Notes under the pieces: model-generated
What the model was told of the DNA's origin: nothing
Databases searched by the model: none
The model's input: only the letters and a program-made list of their open reading frames with translations
Part shown: positions 60,084 to 64,000 of the stretch, piece by piece
How positions within the stretch are numbered: the stretch's first letter is position 1
How the letters are laid out: every line of letters begins with the position of its first letter
Assembly (NCBI GenBank): GCA_002427605.1
Contig: DIRT01000019.1
Location: 7,214 to 71,213, forward strand
Direction of reading: 5' to 3'
From: Bacteroidales bacterium UBA5429
GTDB taxonomy: Bacteria; Bacteroidota; Bacteroidia; Bacteroidales; WCHB1-69
DNA: 64,000 bases
Program-made: the position numbers and the translations under genes

Positions 60084-62291
60084 TTAGTTTCCTACATCTG
60101 AGAGATACTTAATTCTCATTAGTCGGATCTCTTCCAGCGTATATTCATCTTCTCCCAGTTCATCAAGGCATGCTTGTGGGGAATCGGTTTCAGCTTCAGA
60201 AAAATATTCTAATATCTCTTCCTGGTGGTAATACTCCACAGCCTCTTCGATATAGTAGTTGATATCCAGTTTGGCTCCTGAAGCAACAATACTTTCAACC
60301 TGTGTGATGAGTTCATCCATCTCCAATCCCTTGGCATTAGCGATATCCTTAAAGTGTAACTTTCTATCAATCGCTTCAATAATATAGAGTTTGACAGCTC
60401 CTTTATTGGGTACTGACTTGACTACATAATCCTGAGGTCTTTCAATTTCATTATCCTCAACATATTGTTTGATCAGATCAGCGAAAGGTTTACCATATTT
60501 TTGTGCTTTTCCACTACCTACTCCGGTAATATGAACCATTTCATCAATAGATATGGGGTATTGAATACACATATCCTCCAATGATGGATCCTGGAAGATA
60601 ATGAACGGTGGAATATTTTCTTTTTGAGATATTTTCTTTCTTAAATCTTTAAGGAGAGCGAAGAGCGTTTTATCCATTGCTTCACCCTTAGCCATCATGC
60701 CATCTTCCGAGTCATCATCATCATCGTCATCTCTGTCTTTTGGGGCAGGTTTAGGTACACTGATTGCGTATGGTTTTTCGAGATATTTCAGACCTTTAGG
60801 AGAGATTTTCAGCAATCCGTAGTTTTCAACATCTTTAAAAATCAATTCCTCAAATATGGCAGTTCGCAGCACGCTTTTCCAAAAAGATTCATCATACTCA
60901 TCTCCCTCTCCAAACTGTTTCAATTTGTGATGTTTATATTTAACAATCGAAGTTGATTTGTGTCCGGTTAAGATATCGACAATTTGAGTGTCCTGGAACT
61001 GTTCTTTCACTGTTTGGATCACTTCAATCGCCAATTGGACTTGTTCGGAGGCATTCATTTTAGGTTTTGGATGTAAACAGATATCACAACAGTTACAGTT
61101 ATCTTTTTCATATACTTCTCCAAAGTAGTGTAGTAAATGTTTTCTTCTACAAACTGTGGATTCAGCATAAGCTGCAGTTTCAGCCAGAAGTTGTTTCACA
61201 ATTTCTTGTTCTGCAACTGCTTTTCTGGTAGAGAATTTTTCTAGTTTATAGAGATCTTTGATGTCGTAGAATGCGATACAAATTCCTTCTCCGTCATCTC
61301 TACCGGACCGACCGGTTTCCTGATAGTATCCTTCCAGGCTTTTGGGCATATCGTAGTGGATTACAAAACGTACATCCGGTTTGTCAATACCCATTCCAAA
61401 AGCGATGGTAGCTACAATCACTTCACAATCCTCCATCAAAAAGGCATCCTGGTTAGCGACTCTGGTATGGGAGTCTAAGCCGGCATGGTAGGGGAGGGCA
61501 CGAATTTTGTTGGCTTGAAGAAATTCTGCTAACTCTTCCACTTTTTTTCTACTGAGGCAGTAGATAATTCCTGACTTTCCGGAGTGTTGTTTGATGAACT
61601 TAATGATCTCTTTATCAATATCTTTAGTCTTTTCTCTTACTTCATAATAGAGGTTGGGACGATTAAAGGAGGAGATAAAGAGCTCAGCTTTCTCCATTTT
61701 TAAGTTTTTTTGTATATCGCTTTGTACTTTGGGCGTAGCTGTTGCTGTAAGGGCAATAATAGGTGTTTTTTGGTTAATCACTTCAATAACATCTCTGATT
61801 TTTCGGTATTCCGGTCTAAAATCATGACCCCATTCAGATATACAGTGAGCTTCATCAATTGCAAAGAAGGAGATATTAATATCTTGAAAAAAATCTACAT
61901 TTTCCTCTTTCGTCAATGTTTCAGGAGCAACATAGAGTAATTTTGTTTTTCCGGAAAGCAGGTCCTCTTTTACTGCTCTCAGTTCAGCCTTATTCAAAGA
62001 GGAGTTCATGAAGTGGGCGATTCCCAATTCTGTTCCAAAATTTCTAAGTGCATCAACCTGATTTTTCATTAATGCGATTAAGGGTGATATAACAATAGCT
62101 GTGCCATCAGCCAACAGCGCGGGAAGTTGATAACATAATGACTTTCCGGCACCGGTGGGCATAATTACAAACACATCGGACCCTTTCATTAATGTTTTAA
62201 TGACTTTGAGTTGATCTCCTTTAAACTTATCAAATCCAAAAAAACGCTTCAACATTTTATGGATTTCCGCATCAGAGATATTTTGCATCAT
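60084..62291 (-). CDS. recQ: ATP-dependent DNA helicase RecQ
   Basis: MPTGAGKS, DEAHCISEWGHDFRP, QETGRSGRD, Zn site, RQC and HRDC domains. Confidence 0.95.
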   Translation of the reverse strand: MMQNISDAEIHKMLKRFFGFDKFKGDQLKVIKTLMKGSDVFVIMPTGAGKSLCYQLPALLADGTAIVISPLIALMKNQVDALRNFGTELGIAHFMNSSLNKAELRAVKEDLLSGKTKLLYVAPETLTKEENVDFFQDINISFFAIDEAHCISEWGHDFRPEYRKIRDVIEVINQKTPIIALTATATPKVQSDIQKNLKMEKAELFISSFNRPNLYYEVREKTKDIDKEIIKFIKQHSGKSGIIYCLSRKKVEELAEFLQANKIRALPYHAGLDSHTRVANQDAFLMEDCEVIVATIAFGMGIDKPDVRFVIHYDMPKSLEGYYQETGRSGRDDGEGICIAFYDIKDLYKLEKFSTRKAVAEQEIVKQLLAETAAYAESTVCRRKHLLHYFGEVYEKDNCNCCDICLHPKPKMNASEQVQLAIEVIQTVKEQFQDTQIVDILTGHKSTSIVKYKHHKLKQFGEGDEYDESFWKSVLRTAIFEELIFKDVENYGLLKISPKGLKYLEKPYAISVPKPAPKDRDDDDDDDSEDGMMAKGEAMDKTLFALLKDLRKKISQKENIPPFIIFQDPSLEDMCIQYPISIDEMVHITGVGSGKAQKYGKPFADLIKQYVEDNEIERPQDYVVKSVPNKGAVKLYIIEAIDRKLHFKDIANAKGLEMDELITQVESIVASGAKLDINYYIEEAVEYYHQEEILEYFSEAETDSPQACLDELGEDEYTLEEIRLMRIKYLSDVGN

Positions 62292-62445
62292 ATTTTCAAT
62301 TATGTTTTATTTTAAAAAGTTAGTAATGGTCTGTTTTATTTCAGTAATTCATAGAACAAAAATACATAAATTTCAATTCAAATCGGATAAATATTATATT
62401 TTCTTATTTATTTCACTTAAGTTGTTGTAAATCAATAAGTATAAA

Positions 62446-63411
62446 TTATAAATTTTTATCTTTCTCCAAATATTGTGTCACATATTCCTTCACACTCCTT
62501 TCCAAAGGTCTGAACTGTTTTTTATATCCTATCTTTCTTATTTTCTTCATTTCCGCTTGTGTATAGTATTGATACTGAGATCTTATATCTTCAGGAATAT
62601 CGATGTAATTAATCTGAAGTTCCATTCTCAAAGCATTAAAAATAGATTCAACCAACGCATTAAAAGTTCTTCCAAAACCGGTTCCCAGGTTGTAGATTCC
62701 ACTTTGGGGTTTGTTATTCAAAAACCAGTAGAGTAAGTGTGTTACATCTTTTACGTATATAAAATCACGAATTTGTTCTCCATGTTGAAATTCTGCTTTA
62801 TGGGATTTGAACAATTGAACTTCACCTTTTTCCTGGATTTGGTGAAAGGCGTGAAAAACGACGGAAGCCATTCTTCCTTTGTGATATTCATTGGGTCCAA
62901 ATACATTGAAGAACTTAAATCCTCCCCACAATGGTGGTGTTTGATGCTGCTTGAGTACCCATTCATCAAATTTTTGCTTTGAAACCCCATAAGGATTGAG
63001 GGGTTGAAGTTTGTAAATTTGCTCCACATCATCACCATAGCCCCATTCTCCATTTCCGTATGTTGCAGCAGAGGAAGCATAAAGGAGTGGGATTCCATAT
63101 TGAGTTGCAAAACTCCACATCTGTTGTGAATACTCTAAATTGAGATGGTTAAGCAGGTTCATATCCCTTTCGGTGGTGTCTGTTCTCGCACCCAAATGGA
63201 TGATCGCTTTAATCTTTTGTTGCTCTTTAGCAGCCCATTTGAAAAAATCGTTTCGATCAATTTTATCTGTGTATTGCTTATCAATCCAGTTTCTTTTTTT
63301 CTTCTCCGGAGTAAAGTCATCGACTAAAATAATATCGGATAATCCCATACTATTCAGTTTTTGAACCATACAACTGCCAATAAATCCGGCCGCTCCTGTG
63401 ACTACTATCAT
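62446..63411 (-). CDS. hldD: ADP-L-glycero-D-manno-heptose 6-epimerase
   Basis: IVVTGAAGFIGS, YASSAATYG, PLNPYGVSK, FNVFGPNEYHKGRMAS, RDFIYVKD. Confidence 0.92.
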   Translation of the reverse strand: MIVVTGAAGFIGSCMVQKLNSMGLSDIILVDDFTPEKKKRNWIDKQYTDKIDRNDFFKWAAKEQQKIKAIIHLGARTDTTERDMNLLNHLNLEYSQQMWSFATQYGIPLLYASSAATYGNGEWGYGDDVEQIYKLQPLNPYGVSKQKFDEWVLKQHQTPPLWGGFKFFNVFGPNEYHKGRMASVVFHAFHQIQEKGEVQLFKSHKAEFQHGEQIRDFIYVKDVTHLLYWFLNNKPQSGIYNLGTGFGRTFNALVESIFNALRMELQINYIDIPEDIRSQYQYYTQAEMKKIRKIGYKKQFRPLERSVKEYVTQYLEKDKNL

Positions 63412-63510
63412 TTTCTCATTTTTTTGCAAATATAGTAAACTTTTCATTCATTTGTGAGATTTATTTTTATTTTCAACTATTTTTCAATATTTTTGCAAAA
63501 AAAATTGAAT

Positions 63511-64000
63511 ATGAAAAAAATAGCATTGTTAACTCTTTTAGGATTTGGCTTTTTGATGGCCTCCGCACAACTAGACACTACCATATACCGACATGGAAAT
63601 AAAATCACTATCCAGGAAAATGAGGATGGATTTAATATTTTTGTAGATAAAGAGGGGGTCGAGAGTAGTGAAGATTCTACTGCGTTGGAGGAGATTATTG
63701 ACAAATATATTGAAGATCTCTATGAGAATGACTCCATTTTTAATGATTCTGATGAAGAAGTAGAACCATTTCAGGGGACTGATGAAATGGAACAATTTTT
63801 AAGACAGTACAGAAATTTTAGACGTACGGAATATCGGGCACACCTTGCCAGTTTTTCCTTTGGCTTATCCAATTGGATGGCAGATGATGGGGATATCGGA
63901 AATACCCGTAATGGTCTTTTAAAGTATAACTCTTTCGAGTTTGGATGGATTCCATTTACCCATACGTTCAGACTTTCCGGTAGAGAAAAATCGTATGCTT
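63511..64000 (+). CDS. Secreted/outer-membrane protein, 3' end outside window (absent from ORF track)
   Basis: TATTTTTG box near 63488, then MKKIALLTLLGFGFLMASA|Q; frame open to the window end. Confidence 0.7.
   Translation, partial: MKKIALLTLLGFGFLMASAQLDTTIYRHGNKITIQENEDGFNIFVDKEGVESSEDSTALEEIIDKYIEDLYENDSIFNDSDEEVEPFQGTDEMEQFLRQYRNFRRTEYRAHLASFSFGLSNWMADDGDIGNTRNGLLKYNSFEFGWIPFTHTFRLSGREKSYA

Noticed and set aside
60706-60732. (TCA)n repeat in recQ as a contingency locus
   Set aside because: In-frame, imperfect trinucleotide run encoding an Asp-rich linker.

Overview
Mostly core chromosome of a Bacteroidales-type bacterium, judged from TAnnTTTG -7 promoter boxes, T9SS genes and signal peptides cleaved before Gln. 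The window opens inside a >2600-aa Ig-repeat T9SS surface protein followed by a beta-barrel/OmpA partner. Housekeeping genes follow: cysS, mfd, two RecQ helicases, birA, PFK, murA, msrA, psd, deoC, HU, bS22-like, RNase E/G, recX, frameshifted prfB, nth, rpmB, mltD, tRNA-Arg and hldD. Accessory modules are a patatin pseudogene, an MBOAT+SGNH pair, DUF2089+Yip1, two Hsp20 genes behind a sigma54-like promoter, a TetR-MMPL-LolA-like-barrel operon and an SLC12-like transporter. The most unusual signal is non-coding. Five intergenic regions (about 9.55-9.76, 18.06-18.42, 25.12-25.74, 50.89-51.15 and 59.86-60.08 kb) are built from the same modules in a recurring order. The modules are heptamer tandem arrays, GTAG-type REP palindromes, an element bounded by inverted (AATTACG)n arms that is seen both inserted and as an empty site, and a 48-bp motif AGAGTGGGG-N30-CTGCCCCCC present four times with invariant ends and spacing. 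No transposase, integrase or cas gene is in the window. A ThiL homolog that has lost most of its catalytic aspartates is also notable. All family assignments come from motif recognition by eye, not database searches.
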